Assembly (NCBI RefSeq): GCF_018350175.1
Contig: NC_058369.1
Coordinates: 23,190,001 to 23,254,000 of the forward strand
Origin: Felis catus
Lineage: Eukaryota
Direction: 5' to 3'
Length of the DNA: 64,000 bases
The notes under the pieces are model-generated. The model worked only from the letters and a program-made list of their open reading frames with translations, ran no database searches and was not told the DNA's origin. Positions 23,591-37,019 of the stretch are shown here, one piece after another. Each line of letters begins with the position of its first letter. The first letter of the stretch is position 1. The translations under genes and the position numbers were made by a program.

Positions 23591-26500
23591 GTGTCGGAGT
23601 CTGGAATCTTTGGGTGGATTTAGGACAGACTTCCAAAGCACAAGGAGGAGTGACTGGGTCACTGGGGAGTGATAGGGTCCTACTTGGGAAGAAGCTCAGT
23701 GAAGCACTTGCCTTTAATACTCTGCTCGTGTCCCCTCAGTTACTGCCATGTCCACACATGCCAGCCTGGCTTCCTGCTGCCAGCACCTGGCTGAAGACTT
23801 CCTCTGGCTTTCAGAGTGCACTCCTCTGAGGCAGCAAGCCAGATGTGCCAGGGAGTTAGCATACCCCCCACCAGAGACTGGTTAGCACCCCCCTCCCCCC
23901 GCCCCTCACAGGTGGGCTCTCTCGAGAAGGCTCCTCAACAGCAGCTCCCAGAGCCTGGCCATGGGATTCGGCTCTGGGTGCCCACAGTGCTCATGTGCTC
24001 GATGATGTGCCTTGTGTTGGCCACCTGCCCGTCTCTGTCTCTGGGTCACTTTGCCGCATCCCTACAGGTATTTCCTGAGAACCCCTCCCAAGTGAAAAAC
24101 CTTGCCCTTGAATCCAGGGCTCTGGGACCGCTTCAGAGAGAACTCAAGCCAGGATACCAGTGGACTGCTATTTCTTGGGAAAAATTGATTTGCTGTAGAC
24201 TAGAGCTTCGAATGCAGTTTTGCGTGTGCCCCCATGGCCTTTTGCATTAACACGATGCCATCAGACACATTTTCCATTATATTTCGGGCTCCTGCACATG
24301 AATTCACATCACACCAGCTTACTTGGAGAATCCACGTTTGTGCTTAGAAGTACCAGGGAGCCTTGGCTTTGTGCTATTACTAATCAAGGGTAGGCGGAAG
24401 GAATTTGGTTTAGAGATAACATTCTCAGCTGCTTTATTGTTTGGCAAAAGGATTTGATGAGGACAAAGCCTTTCTTTACACTGGACACACTCTGACCTTT
24501 GTTTTACTAGATTAATTTCATATCTAGAGTGCCCCATCTTGGATGATGAATTAGCAATAAAAAGCTCATCAAAATGTAATTACATGCAATGTGTTGAATA
24601 ATGATCTCTTAAAAATTCCTATAGATTTGTCTGCACCTCCTTCCCCTCGTGGGGGAAATGAGCCTCAGCTGCTAGCTACTAGCCCTCTGCTCAGGAATGC
24701 AAACCCTAGCCATATTGTGAGTCTGAGATGGGAGAGCTGGCTTCTATCATTACCCAGTGTCATCAATTGATCAATTGCTTTTCTGCATGTGATGCACATC
24801 TTTATATAATTTAAAGGACCATCTCAACGGGGGTAGGAATACACAGGAAGTGGAAGCTCAAGGCAGAGTGAAGCCCTCACCTCCTCCGTCTGCAGCAGCC
24901 TGTTGCCGGGAGGGAGTTATTAATTAAAATGTTAACTGCCCAGACAATAGCAGGCAGACCAGCATGGAGAGCGCCTGCGAAGCAAGCATTAAAGCTTTCA
25001 TAACTGTAAATTCCCGGAAAGTTTGCTCCTCCTTAAAATAGGAAAACAGAACCATCTGTATCTCAGAGGAGCCTTAACTGAGCTGTTTGAGTATTGTTAG
25101 GCTTTTCCCAAGGAGCCCGGCTGGTTTCTCTCCAGAGGGCTGGACTTGGACGGGGAGAAAGCCTAGCCTTATTCCCTGCTCTTCGAGGAGTCCCTTAAAC
25201 CCTACAGCTGGGCCGACAGCAGAATATTCAAATGATTCCAACAGTGAAAATACCCACACTCATTTGAATAACTGAAGAATTCAATCATTTGAATGCCAAT
25301 GATTATTCCTCCCGAAGTTTACATTTTAGAAAGACAGTGCATCTGAATCCCCATGAGAGCATTAAATTGCTATCTAATTAGCAGTCCCAAATTATATATA
25401 TTTAAAAGATAATTAAAGGTTTGAAGGCTGTTGGAATAACTGGTTATACATTTAAATGAATCACAAGAAATTTGTTAGTAATGTGCGGAGTTTTCTTTTA
25501 TTTCTTACTTCCCTCTTTGAAGTTCAGTAGACCCAACCTCTCGGGGTTAAGTTTGGTAGCGGTAAGATAAAGGCAGATGGTTTTAATTATTGCAGCTCCA
25601 ACCCCCAAATAATTATAAGCAGCTGTCATTTTTACATGATCTTAAATGATAAGACCCAAAGAATGCAAATAAAACAGTTGACACCATGGGCTTTTGGACA
25701 CCATAATTTAATAATGCCCACCACCGCTGGACTGACCATCTCACATCATTGTATCTCTGAACACACTTCCGGGGTGCCACTTCCACATCCTTTGTGGGTG
25801 TTTGCAGGATGAGGGGGAACACTAATACAGTTGGGCAAGAAAGTAGTTTGGCCAAGCCAGGTGGGGCTCTTGCTTCAAACCCTTCTCAACCTCACTGCCC
25901 CTTTCTCCTTGGGATGGGATCTACCCCTGTTGTTGCCCCAGTGAGCCCCCCAGTAGATGATGGCATAATAGAATGGCACCCAATAGTTGGAATTTCTTTA
26001 GCCCATAGCTGGGACTTTGACAAGGTTGGGTACTCACGCAACTTGCCATAGCCAGAAATCCCAAATGAGTGGCTAGCCTGCCAGCCTCAACCCAGGAAGC
26101 TCTGGGTTCAAGTTTGAAATGTGAGGCTTTCTGTGCCTGTCTCTCCTCTCAGAAGGGCAGAGACCCCCTGAGGAGCAAGTCAAGGAGACACTGGCCATTT
26201 CCACTTACCGTAGCCACAGAGGCTTCTCCCATTTGGACCCCGTGACTAGAAAACCAAAGTCTGAGTGACAGAGGCACACAGTTCACCCTAGGCAGACCTG
26301 CGGATGTACTTTGCCAGAGTCAAGTCTAGAACATCATCTAGAGGGAAGACACACACACTGAGTACTCCAAATCAAATCAAAAACCCAAGGAGCCAAATGC
26401 TTGATTCTCACCAAAAGTCTCACCTGGAGTTTCTAAGTTTCTATCTGCATTCCAAGAGGAGGGTTTGGGAGTAAGTGGGGCAGGTGCAAGCATTTACCTG

Positions 26501-26829
26501 ACTCCCTAGTACTGGGGCAGGCTTGAGAGTCATACGGCTGGGATGCTCCTTCCATGGAGCCCATTGCATCCAGGTTCAAATACAAATATGAACAGTACAT
26601 TCATATATATTTAATGGAAAGATTCCTTTGAGTGTTAATAATTTGTTTGAAGCTCAGCTCTGCTCCGTGTAGAATGGCAGGGAGCTGGTTGATTGTGATC
26701 CCAGGTCACCTTGCCATCATCGTCCTTCTGTTGTGCCATCACAGGACACATCTCAGGCAGGCACCAGACAGCAGCCTCAGGTACATGTTTGTCCGTGGGG
26801 CAGAGCCGTCTCTGAGGCGAGGGTCAGCC

Positions 26830-27025
26830 TCAGCCTCATCTGCCAGCTGTGTGGCCTTGGACAAGTTGCTCAACCTCCCTGGCCTCCGTTTTCCTGTGCC
26901 ACAAAATGAGTACAAAAATAGTGCCTACTATCTGAGAGTGTTTTGAGGATTAAATGAGTTCATGTTCACAAAAGGTCTAGAACTGGCCAGACACGTACTG
27001 TGGGTTCTACATGTGTTCATTAAGT
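26830..27025 (+). mobile_element. MIR
   Basis: agctgtgtggccttggacaagttgctcaacctc…gaggattaaatgagtt. Confidence 0.8.
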
Positions 27026-27039
27026 ATATTCGCTTATAT

Positions 27040-27775
27040 TCACATCCTAATTTGTTCATTGACTCTCTTCACTCATTCAAATATTCAAATATTCATGGTG
27101 AATCTCTTCTGCCAGGCACTCTCCTGGGCATTGCAGGTTCAATCTTGAATGAGAAATAGCCTCTTTCCTGGAGATCTTGGGACCTAGTTGGGGAGATGTG
27201 ATGGGTGTGGACAGAGAGACCACAGGAGGCTCAGGAGAACACAGGAAGGACCTGAACCAACTCTGCACTAGACTTCCCAGATGAGCTGATGTCTCTGTCA
27301 AGTCCTGAGGAGCCACTGGATGTTGAGCTGGGGTGAAGGCTGTTGGAAACAGAGTGGTTGATACAGAGCCTGGAGGCAAGGATGATAATGACACAGTTAG
27401 CAGCCAGCTCAGTCTAGCTGGGGAGTCATAGAGAGACAGGCAGGAAGTACAGAGAGAGAGAGGTCAGAGCAGCAAACAGAGACAGAGTGATGGGGACTGT
27501 GGCATTCCCAAACATTGAGCATCATCCTAGAGGGCATGGGGAGCCATGAGGTTTCTGGGCCAAGTGGTGATTTGGGTTGCAGAAGAATCTTCCCTTCTGG
27601 CATCTGGACCCTGGAGCATGGACTAGAAAGGTAAATTCCATGCAGAAAGGCTTAGAAGACACTCACCTTCATCAAGGTGGGTGGGTATCATGGTGGTTGA
27701 AACTAAGTTGATGGCAAGAGGGATGGAGAGACATGACTGTATTTCAAAAGACAAGGAAAAGATAGAAGCAATGCA
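27040..27775 (-). mobile_element. L2 fragment
   Basis: cactcattcaaatatt…tgccaggcact…ggggagccatga…. Confidence 0.6.
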
Positions 27776-30700
27776 TATGGCAGTTTGATGAGCCCTGGTT
27801 GCTTTGCCTGGCCCACTGGCCTCTTTCTCTGATTCTACTTGCCTTTTTAGCTTCTGCCCACATCTCCATGATCACAGACAAGTGTAAGACTCAGAGGACT
27901 GAGTCAGCCTTGCGGGGGACCTTTGGTTTTCCTATGAGTCACGAGTGACATCAGAAGTCCCTTGGGCTTATTCAGACCAGCATGCATCCAGAATTAAAAG
28001 AAAAAAAAAAAAAGACTGTATATCAGAATCGTCTGCAAAGAAAAAATCAAGCCTAAACATTTTGCTGGGTCACCAATCTAGTGGGATATGGATGGATCCG
28101 TGATGGATGAGAACCTGTTCAGTCTGGTGATGAGAATGTGGCTAGGGGCAGAGAGCAGATGGGTTGAAAAGACGGCCATGTGCATGTTTATACCACAAAA
28201 ACTCTTGTGTCCTCAGGGAGGCGCAAACAAGGGCCACCCCAGGGGAAAAGGGAGACAGACTCTAGCTGAAGGATCAGAGAAACTTCCATGGAAGATGTGG
28301 GCACAGAGGTGGATCCCTTTATGTCTTCTCCTCCTTCACAAGTATCTTTAAAACTTTTAGCAGAAAAAGAGAAAACTATGACGCCACTCAGCCCTCTAAT
28401 AAAATCATACACACACACACGTTTGGTGAAGGCTCAGCTATCTGATGTAGGTTGATATCATCACAGGCATAAACCAGAGTCAAGGGTAATGGTAGCTGGC
28501 TTGCAAGAAAGGACTCCTTTCCCTAGTTTCTTCCTCCCTCCATTTCCTTCACTTGCAAATCATTGCCAGCTTCCTGCACTTCATGCCAGTTAGCACAGAA
28601 ACCTTAACATTGAGAGAGGCCTCTCTGTTCCAAACATCATCCCTCCAAGTGGAGCCAATGGGACTGGAATATTTCTGCCAGGGACTGAGCCAGGAGAGGT
28701 GATGGGAACAGGGGTGACAGGCAAGGAAGGCCCATGTCCCTGACCACAGGCAGAAACCCCGCAGCAGAGAGCTCTCTCTGTGTGAATGGGCAGCTGCAGC
28801 ACCTCTGGAAGGCAAATGTGCCACAGTTTTGTGGCACTGTTGGTTGAGGCTGGTTTTTTATTTCACTTGGGTGAATAAGAAAATGCATCGTCTCTGCAGT
28901 TTTTGGTGCCCAGTTTTGGTACATGTTCAAAACAGTCTGACACATTTCAATACCCAAGGGTATTTTGATGCAGTTAAGTGCTCAGGGGAATAATGCCAAA
29001 TAAAGTTCTGTAAATGCATAAAAAATTGTTTGCTTGTCAACTGTCACAGACATACTTTCAAATTATAGAGGTCCTCTTGTCATCCTAGATAGTATTTCCT
29101 AACGACCCAGCTATTTGAAAGCTTTGTATGAAATCAGCTTTGGAATATGGCGCTGTCTGTGCCCGAGAACTCAGAGCAACTCTGTTTGGAACTTGGGCAT
29201 TCGTTCTGAAGGTTGTCCTGCATCTAACCTTTGCCCAGAAGACTGTAGTGTCGGTTTTTGTCCAGAGTGTTCTAACCAATCGGTGGGGCGGTCTTCCAGG
29301 TACCCACACTCACCTTTCCTCTGCAGGTAGCATCGTGGTCTCTCTTCTGTGCTCAAGGCTGGTATTTTCTTAGCAAGAGCCCTTCACCTGACTGAGACGC
29401 CTGCAGACAGCTCCCCTCTCTCTGGGTCAGAGTCCCCGCTTCCTTGCTATTACAAGGCAGACTGGCTTTCTGAGAATGGGAATTTAGATCCAGCCGCCAT
29501 GTATCAGCCACACCGAAGCCTACAAAACCGCTGGTGGAGTGAGGCCACTTCCTCCCCACACACCATGGGGGTGACTCACCACGACTCAGAGGACACTGAT
29601 TAAGATAAAGGTCATTGGGGTTTTCAAAGCAGCCTGTTAATTGTTGTTTTTTAAAAAAATACCAAGGCTGTTTTAGTTTTACAGCGATCAAAAGGATTTT
29701 GTAATCACACTAGGAGAGCACGTAGAACTTTTCATCTTTGAGACACTTAAAAACATTAATTAATAAGAGCAGGGTACCTGGTAGAAAAAGGAAAAGGCTT
29801 GTTGTCTCGACATGCCCTGCTGCCTCTCTCCCACCTTCCGGCTGCTTTTGGACACGCCCTCCCTGCTTCCCTCCAGCGTATCTGGGCTTCTCATCTACCC
29901 ATGAACACGGAGGATTTCATCCCTACGTACAAACTCCTTGGTATTTGTCCCCTGGCATGTCTATGTCATCCGGTCATCAAACTTATCTAGAAAAGTCTGA
30001 GCCACATGGGGTGGTGCAACCAAAGGGCCAGCACCATTTTGAGGGAAATCCTAGATACCATGGTACCATCAGATGCTACAAGGCTTCTCTGAGGCTCTGA
30101 GTCAGTGTTGGCTATTGGGCCTTGTATTGTGTGCACCGGGCATGTGCCATGATCCTGATTCCATGCAGTCAGTATATCGTAGTTGTTCTCAATCTAAAAC
30201 TGAATCGGTGTACCCCTGGCCGCGAAGGCCAGTTTCAGGGTAGCCTGAATGAGTTGGCGTCCAGTGATGGCACAAGGGACTTGTGGAATTTGGCTTCCGG
30301 CATGGTTCTGCACCCATTAATATGCCTACTGCGTCCTGTGGGTGGTCGCCATCTGAGCTGAGACACCCTCAAGGGAGGCCTAGTGCAAAATGTGGTGAAG
30401 ACCCGAGGCTGGGCAACCAGGCAAAGATGGGGTGGAATCCCAGTTCCACTGCCAGTTAGCCATGCCACCACGTGGCCTGCATCCCTGGGCTCTGCGTTTG
30501 CGCGTCTGTGAAGTGGTTATCCTTCCATGGAGATAGGCACACCATTTAGCATGGCTCCTGGAAGAAAGGCATTCACTCTTCCTGAGGAATGCTAGGAGGT
30601 GAGGGGGAAGGTAGCCATCAGAAAACATTTGCTTTTTTTTTTTTCTTTTTTGCTAAAGGCAGTCACTTGGAAAGCAGAACAGATTGGTTGCTGCATTTTA

Positions 30701-31309
30701 TGAATTCCTTGTTGGAGAAACAATGAACTTAGAAGACTGAAAGCTGTAACTACTTCAAAGTACTTTCCCTTTGGAACAGATAGCAGAATGGTGGGTGGGG
30801 ATCCCTGCATGGCCTGTATCGTGATAGTGAACACAATATTTTTTTTTTTCAATTCCTTCACTTTTCAGTATTTTCCAAATTTTCTACAGTGAGCAGTTGT
30901 TACATGGATAATCAAGGGAGAGAGAGAAAAAAACAAAACAAAACACCTTAAAAAACAGCCAAAGCTTAAACCATTTGGATTGTAGACAGGAGTCACTGAT
31001 ACTCTGTTTCCACTGAGACTCCCATTCCCTTGGGCCACCTCCTCTAAGGCTATGTGCCATGGCAACCGGAGACCTTGTGTTTGAGACCCTTGCTTTGACC
31101 TTGAGAAGAATGGACCACGATGTCATTGAACTGCCTCTTTTTGAAAGGACCATACTATTAAGAAACCTTTGATCCCATGAGCATACTTTCCAGGGCTGAG
31201 GCAGGTGCTGCCACATCTCAGGTGTCAGTAATGACCTTGGCAGTTATTGGTGTTTGCCGAGTAGGCATTTCTTGAGACTGTTTGTCAAGACATACCCCTA
31301 CTCAACCAT

Positions 31310-31480
31310 GTGTGTACCCATTTGCTTCTCATCCCAGCCCTGTGAGCTGAATGCTATTACCTGCATCCTACAGATGAGCAACGTGGGCTCAGAGAAATGC
31401 ACACCAGCCCTGGAGCACACAGTGTGTGTGTGACTAGAACCGGAGTCTGACTCTAGGGCCCTGCTCTCTACTGCTCTTCT
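31310..31480 (-). mobile_element. MIR
   Basis: tacagatgag…gggctcagaga…ctagaac…gtctgactctag. Confidence 0.55.
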
Positions 31481-33029
31481 GACCACCCTGATTGATGAGC
31501 AGTGAACCACCGTCTACAACCTGAGTGCAGGAAATGACCGTTCTCAGACAGCTTCTCCATGCTTTCCCCAGGCTCACCTGGGCCTGGCTCAGGACCTGAT
31601 AAATGTTCAGTATCCAACAGTATTTTGGGGTATGTGGGTGTGTAAATGAGCAAATAAGGGAACGAATGGCTGAGGGAGTGAAGGAATGACATGCCTGGTG
31701 GCCATCAGGCCCTGCTGTCTTGTGCATGGAGGAGAGAAGATGTGTCTCCTTTCCTTCTCCTTGAAAGGACCACTTCGGCCTCTCAGACAAGAGGAGACGC
31801 GGGCCTCGGAGGAGATGGCGAAGGTGTTCACCAGCTGAGGACCGTGCTTTCCTTGGGAGAGAACATCTGCCCAGACAATGGCTGGCTCCCTGCCCTTGGC
31901 CACACCCCTGCACCAGATGGCATTAGCTTTGGGCAAGGTTTCTTCCTCTCCAGTTGTGGGCCTCCCACCCCATCTCCTTCCTTCCTGTTGGCAGTGTGGA
32001 GCAGCACGTACAATTTATCAATTATTAGCATACACAATATTTGTTTCGCAGAGGCTGTGTGGATGTGTGTAGCTGATCTCCTCTGGCCCTTCCCACCCCC
32101 CCCCCCCCAACACACACACACAGAAAAAAAAGCAAAGGCATTTTTTTTTCAAACTCACATGAACATGGCCATCACCTCAGCCCGTCCCATTATGCTTCCA
32201 AAGTCCATCTCTAGATAACCCATGAGAACACTCAGGAGCACCCAGTTAACCCCCACCTGGCAGGTTCAGGCACATAAGGCAGCTCCTGTATGGCTCCAGC
32301 TTGCCCCTCAGATGGGTGCCCATCTTGTCCCATCCTCCTAGGCCACGGGCTGGTTTGTGTGTTCACCACATCTGGCCTTTATTTGAAACTCCACCTCAAA
32401 GTATTTCATAGCACAGAATATCTTTCCTTATTAAATTCTCCCCCACATATTTTTTTCATAAAACAGGCACCAAAAACTACAAACCTACCCGTGGCTCTCA
32501 AAGTATCTGTTTATAAACCTTTGGAAACCGTTCGCAATTCGTTAATCACATTTTCAAAGGAAGTTACAGTTTATAGATACACTAACAAATGCCATATCCG
32601 ATGCCTCAGCCCCAGTAACAAGATCCTCACGCAGGGAAGCAGGGAGTGGGGCTGGTGGATCCGGGATGTGTCACAGGCTGAATCCCACGGGATAGGGGAG
32701 ATCTGGCCTGGGAGTCAGATTTACTTCTCGTTCTGTCACTCTTACACTGTGGCCTCCCGTGTGTCCTCTCGGGGAGAAAGTAGGGGATCAGCTGTGCTCA
32801 AACATAGTAGTCTATCTTGATTAACAGTGAGGTATTTTGCAAATCACATGTTCCTAAAGAACCGTTAGGAACACTTCACTTAAAATGTACTTTAAAAGTG
32901 GTTCATTTACAAGGAAAATAATAAAGGCATTAAATATATACAAATCACAACTCCAGTGACTACTTACGTTTGAAACCCAAACCAGCTTTAAAACAACATC
33001 TTTAGAAAGGGAAGGGGGTAATGTGGAGA

Positions 33030-33530
33030 GAATGTGTTGGTACCTGAAACATCTAAGGGCATAAAGATTTCAGTCACAGCTTGATCCAGGCACACACGCC
33101 ATGTTTTCAGGACTCTCTTCCTGTCTCTTCTCTGCTTTCTCTGCGCTGGCTTCATTCTCAGGAAGGCTCTCTCCAAGCAGAAGCAGAGATGTTTATGAGG
33201 AGCTCAAGTTCACGTCCTGCCACCTTAATGATGCTAGTGGATGCACAGCTCTTTTATCCGGATAAATCCAAGAAAGCATCCCAGATTGGGTCTAATCTGG
33301 GTTGGCATGAGTTATATACCCAGCTCTGAACCAATCTCTGTGTCCTGGAGAGATGTGGGTCTCCTTACATGCTCAGGTCACTTGCCCACCTCTGAACCAG
33401 GATGGTCTTGCTTTCCCAAGAACTATATTTATGGAGCATAGGGCCCAAGGTCTTCCCCTGGAAGAAAGCAAGGTGATTGCCCTGGAAAACGTGAGGGATG
33501 GGTGGGGGCAGTGCACAGCACAGATGTCTT
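33030..33530. mobile_element. Old MLT1 (J/K-like) MaLR LTR
   Basis: ttgatccagg…ctctgctttc…ggcttcattctcagg…ctgaaccaatctctgtg…aggtcacttgcccacc. Confidence 0.7.
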
Positions 33531-33809
33531 CCTCTTGGAAGTCTAATCTCTAGCCTTCCAATGTGCTTTCTAAATGGGAGAAAAAATAAAGGTGGATCTA
33601 GGGTCATTATGCTTGAGTTTACTTACCACCCTCAATCTGTTTTGTCTTATGCAACAGCCACTGACTTTTCCTTCTCTCGCTCAGAGTAATCACTCTGCTA
33701 CATTACTGCTTGATCTCTAATGGGAGACCATTAACAAAGACCCAAATGGGAAGTCTTTCAGACTGGTTTCACATACCTGGTTAAGCAGACATTGTGGTGG
33801 GGCATTCCT

Positions 33810-33913
33810 TTTTTTTTTTTTTTTTTTTTTTTCCTTCTTTTTTTTTCTTTTATTTTTTCCTTCTTTTTTCCTTTTTTAGTGTTTATTGATTTTTGAGAGA
33901 CGAGAGAGAGAGT
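33810..33913 (-). mobile_element. Severely 5'-truncated Can-SINE (tail plus about 35 nt of 3' body)
   Basis: Long T tract then gtttattgatttttgagagacgagagagag; flanked by CATTCCT at 33803 and 33914. Confidence 0.75.
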
Positions 33914-36900
33914 CATTCCTAAAATGGAGTTCCAGAGCAAGTATCCCCAGTCCTGCCTGTTTCCTTCAATGAAACTAACTTATTTAGGCTCACTGGCTTG
34001 TGGACCAATACACTGGGAGTGCTTCTTCACCTCACGCTCTAAACTCTCCAGGTTCTCTGAGTATCAAAAGTGCAATGTACTGAATTTCTTGAGTGTTTGA
34101 CAGCTGGGAGTGGTCAGAAGGCCAGGCTTCTCTAAGCATTAGAAAATTGCCAAATACCATCTAAAAGGACTTGGGTGCTTTAGCACAGGTATGGATTTTT
34201 CTGCTGCGAGAGTCTCAAGTCCCAGATGAGGTATATAGTATGCAAGTCTTGGTGCTTAAGATACACACCAGGAGGAGGTGCATGACTGTGACTCTCTGAC
34301 ACAACCATCTTCAACAAACACCTCCTTCCTGCCTATGGTTTGCAGAGCAGAATCACTGACTGCGTCTCCTTCATTTTAAGGAAATGACGTAGAAGCCAAC
34401 TGTATACAAGACCCATGATCTTGTTGGCCAAGATGATGGGTCTCAGGAATCATGCTAGCATATTAAGGATTTATTCTGTGCCAGAAATGTGTTTGTCAAT
34501 TTATACACACTATCTAGTTCATTCTCTCAATCTACCATTGCCACAGAGGCACTATTGTTTCTCTTATTTTGCAAGTGAGAAAAGGGGAACATGAAGCCAC
34601 TGGGCCCCTTGTGTAAGATCATGTGCCCAGTAAGTGGCAGAAACACTTTGTCTAACAAAAGACAAGTGGATACTTTTGGTGCTCAGGACCTCGGCAGTCT
34701 TCCTGAGTTTCTTTAGGAGTGGCTGAAATAGCATGATGCTCAGACACGAAAATTTGGTCGGGGGCTGGTGGTGAGTGGGGATGTCCTGCACACTCTGGTT
34801 ATATCATGTTATCTAATGTGTCATGGAATTTGTTATTGAACTTATGATGGGCTCTTTTCCAATACGCATGGTGGGCAATACATTGACCTTCGGGGGGGTG
34901 GAGCAGAATTAAGAGTGATGAACTGCAAGCGAGTCCTTGGAAAAGAAAGAAAGGCTATTTAGCTGGCTTTATTTATATCCTTAGTACCTGGTCCTTACTA
35001 GGGGTCCAATAAATGTATTTGAGTAAATAAATAAAGGAGAATTTTGTAATGACCAAAGGAAGTGCTTCTCACAAAAATGTGGTGTAGACCTAGTGTTACA
35101 TGGCCCAAGAAACTGTAAAGGCTTTGCCCTTAGTGGCCAGAGGCTGGGCTGCATGAGCTTCTGGCGTTCCTCCTGGCTCTTAGGAGTAGGGTTCTTACTG
35201 AAATGGAACATGGGGGCCGTTAGACAGTTAACAGAGGCCCAAGAGTGTCTGACTCTTGCTGCTCGAAGGGACGTGTGGAGTCTTACTTAGCATCATGTGC
35301 CCCCTTCCCCATCACACCTCCTCACTGAAAGCTGTGGGTGACAACCCCATGGACCTCGTTCCTGTTCCTCCCACTTGGCCCCAGCCTGGCACTTGCCAGG
35401 GCCAGAGCTTCTGTGAGCACACGAACTTTCCGTAACAGGATCCAGCCATGAATCTGCTGTCATTTACAGCAGCTTTGCAGGGAACCACTTCCCTCCCTCT
35501 TCAACTGCAGTGGATCCGATGTCCTAAAACTGGCCATGAACAGCTGCTCATTGGAAAGCCTGAGAGCCGGGAGAGGAAGGGTGGTTGACCTGGGTGATCT
35601 GAGCCCACTGCCCCTTGGAGCCAATGCAGCCTTCCTGAGTGGTGCAGTGGGCACTTTCCAGAGAGGTCTCAGCACTCCTGAAATACACTTGACAGGGAAA
35701 ACAAGAGAGGAGGAGAGCCACTGGGCCCTGTTTGGCTCTACAGTGACTACCCTGTCTGGCCTCTGTTCCCTGGGTTCCACTGGGGGCCCATTTAGACCTG
35801 TTTGGTTCAGCACACTGGCAGTGAGTCTCTCCTTCACACCCATGTGCCTTCAGCACCTTCTCTCAGCAGTAGCCAAGCAGTGTCCAAAATGGTAACCTGT
35901 GGTTTTATGGTCTTAACACACTTACAGTGACACTGCATCTCATTTAAAATCTTACCAATTCAATCCAAAGATGACCAGTTTAGAGATAAAATCAAAAAAG
36001 AAAAAGGCTATACATACATACATACTTTTTTCTAGTATGCCATCAGCCACATCTTATGAACTTGTAAAGGGGCTGCTTATCTTTAGCCTGCAGTAGAGGG
36101 CAGACTTTCCTACATTATAAACATCCCCACAACCAGCATTAAAGGCCCTGAGGCACAGGACCATCCAGACACAGGAACATCCAGTTGGTAAAATGGTAGG
36201 CTTGCAGGGTGACTAACACCAGTGATCTAGGGAGAAAAAATGAAAACCACTTCCCCAGTTATTAATGCACTCATCAGCTTTTCCAGAGAAATGCCCGAAT
36301 GGCCGTTAAATCTGACAGGGACTCCCAGTACCCACATCTACTCCAGGTGAAGGAGCTGCGCTTAGCTCAGTACTGCTATAGACAGCATGATAGCAAGTAG
36401 AAGGTTCTGTGTGTCTACAAAATGGTACCAGGATGTTGAGCCCAACTGTGGAGATCAGTACTTTTGTTTCCTAGCCAAGGAATTAGGGGGTAGCTTTGGG
36501 ACAGGAGGTAGGGGTGGGAGAACTATAAAACAAAGGGTTATGACTAGATGTTTGGTAAACTGTCTACAAAGCCCTTTCCTATGTCATGAAGGGGTGGTCT
36601 TTGAAACTTAGGAGTAGAGAAGGATCTCCCCCATTCCACACACATACCATCCAGGCAGAGGGGAAATTTTGCTTGGTTTCTGGCGTGTTTGGAGCCAATG
36701 AGTCCAGTAGGTAAATTCATATCAAGTAGAGTTGGCTTGTTATTCCCCAGCTCAGAGCGACTGGCCTCGGCTTCCCTGCTATTAAAACCCCTAGGACTGT
36801 GCCCTGCCGGGCTTCTCACCAATATCTCTCTACTCATGGTTCCTGTCAGAGAAACGGGGCTTGGGGAGATAAAGGCTGCCCTGGCTGCTGATCTCATGGA

Positions 36901-36935
36901 AATATTTTGTTTTCTTTTCCTTTTCTCCCTGCCAG

Positions 36936-37019
36936 TACGAGGAAGGAAAAAAGCGAAGGAAACCTAACTACAGTAGCGTTGACCTCTCGGAGGTAGAGTG
37001 GGAAGACCGGGATGATGTG
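36936..37019 (+). CDS. CACNA2D3: CACNA2D3 coding exon (~18), 84 nt, phase 0-0: [28 protein letters not shown]
   Basis: Long pyrimidine tract, ctgccag|TAC ... GTG|gtaagt. Confidence 0.97.

Noticed and set aside
31691..32820. Longest ORFs (175 and 176 aa)
   Set aside because: Low-complexity or compositionally random, cross C-run and CA repeats, no splice or promoter support
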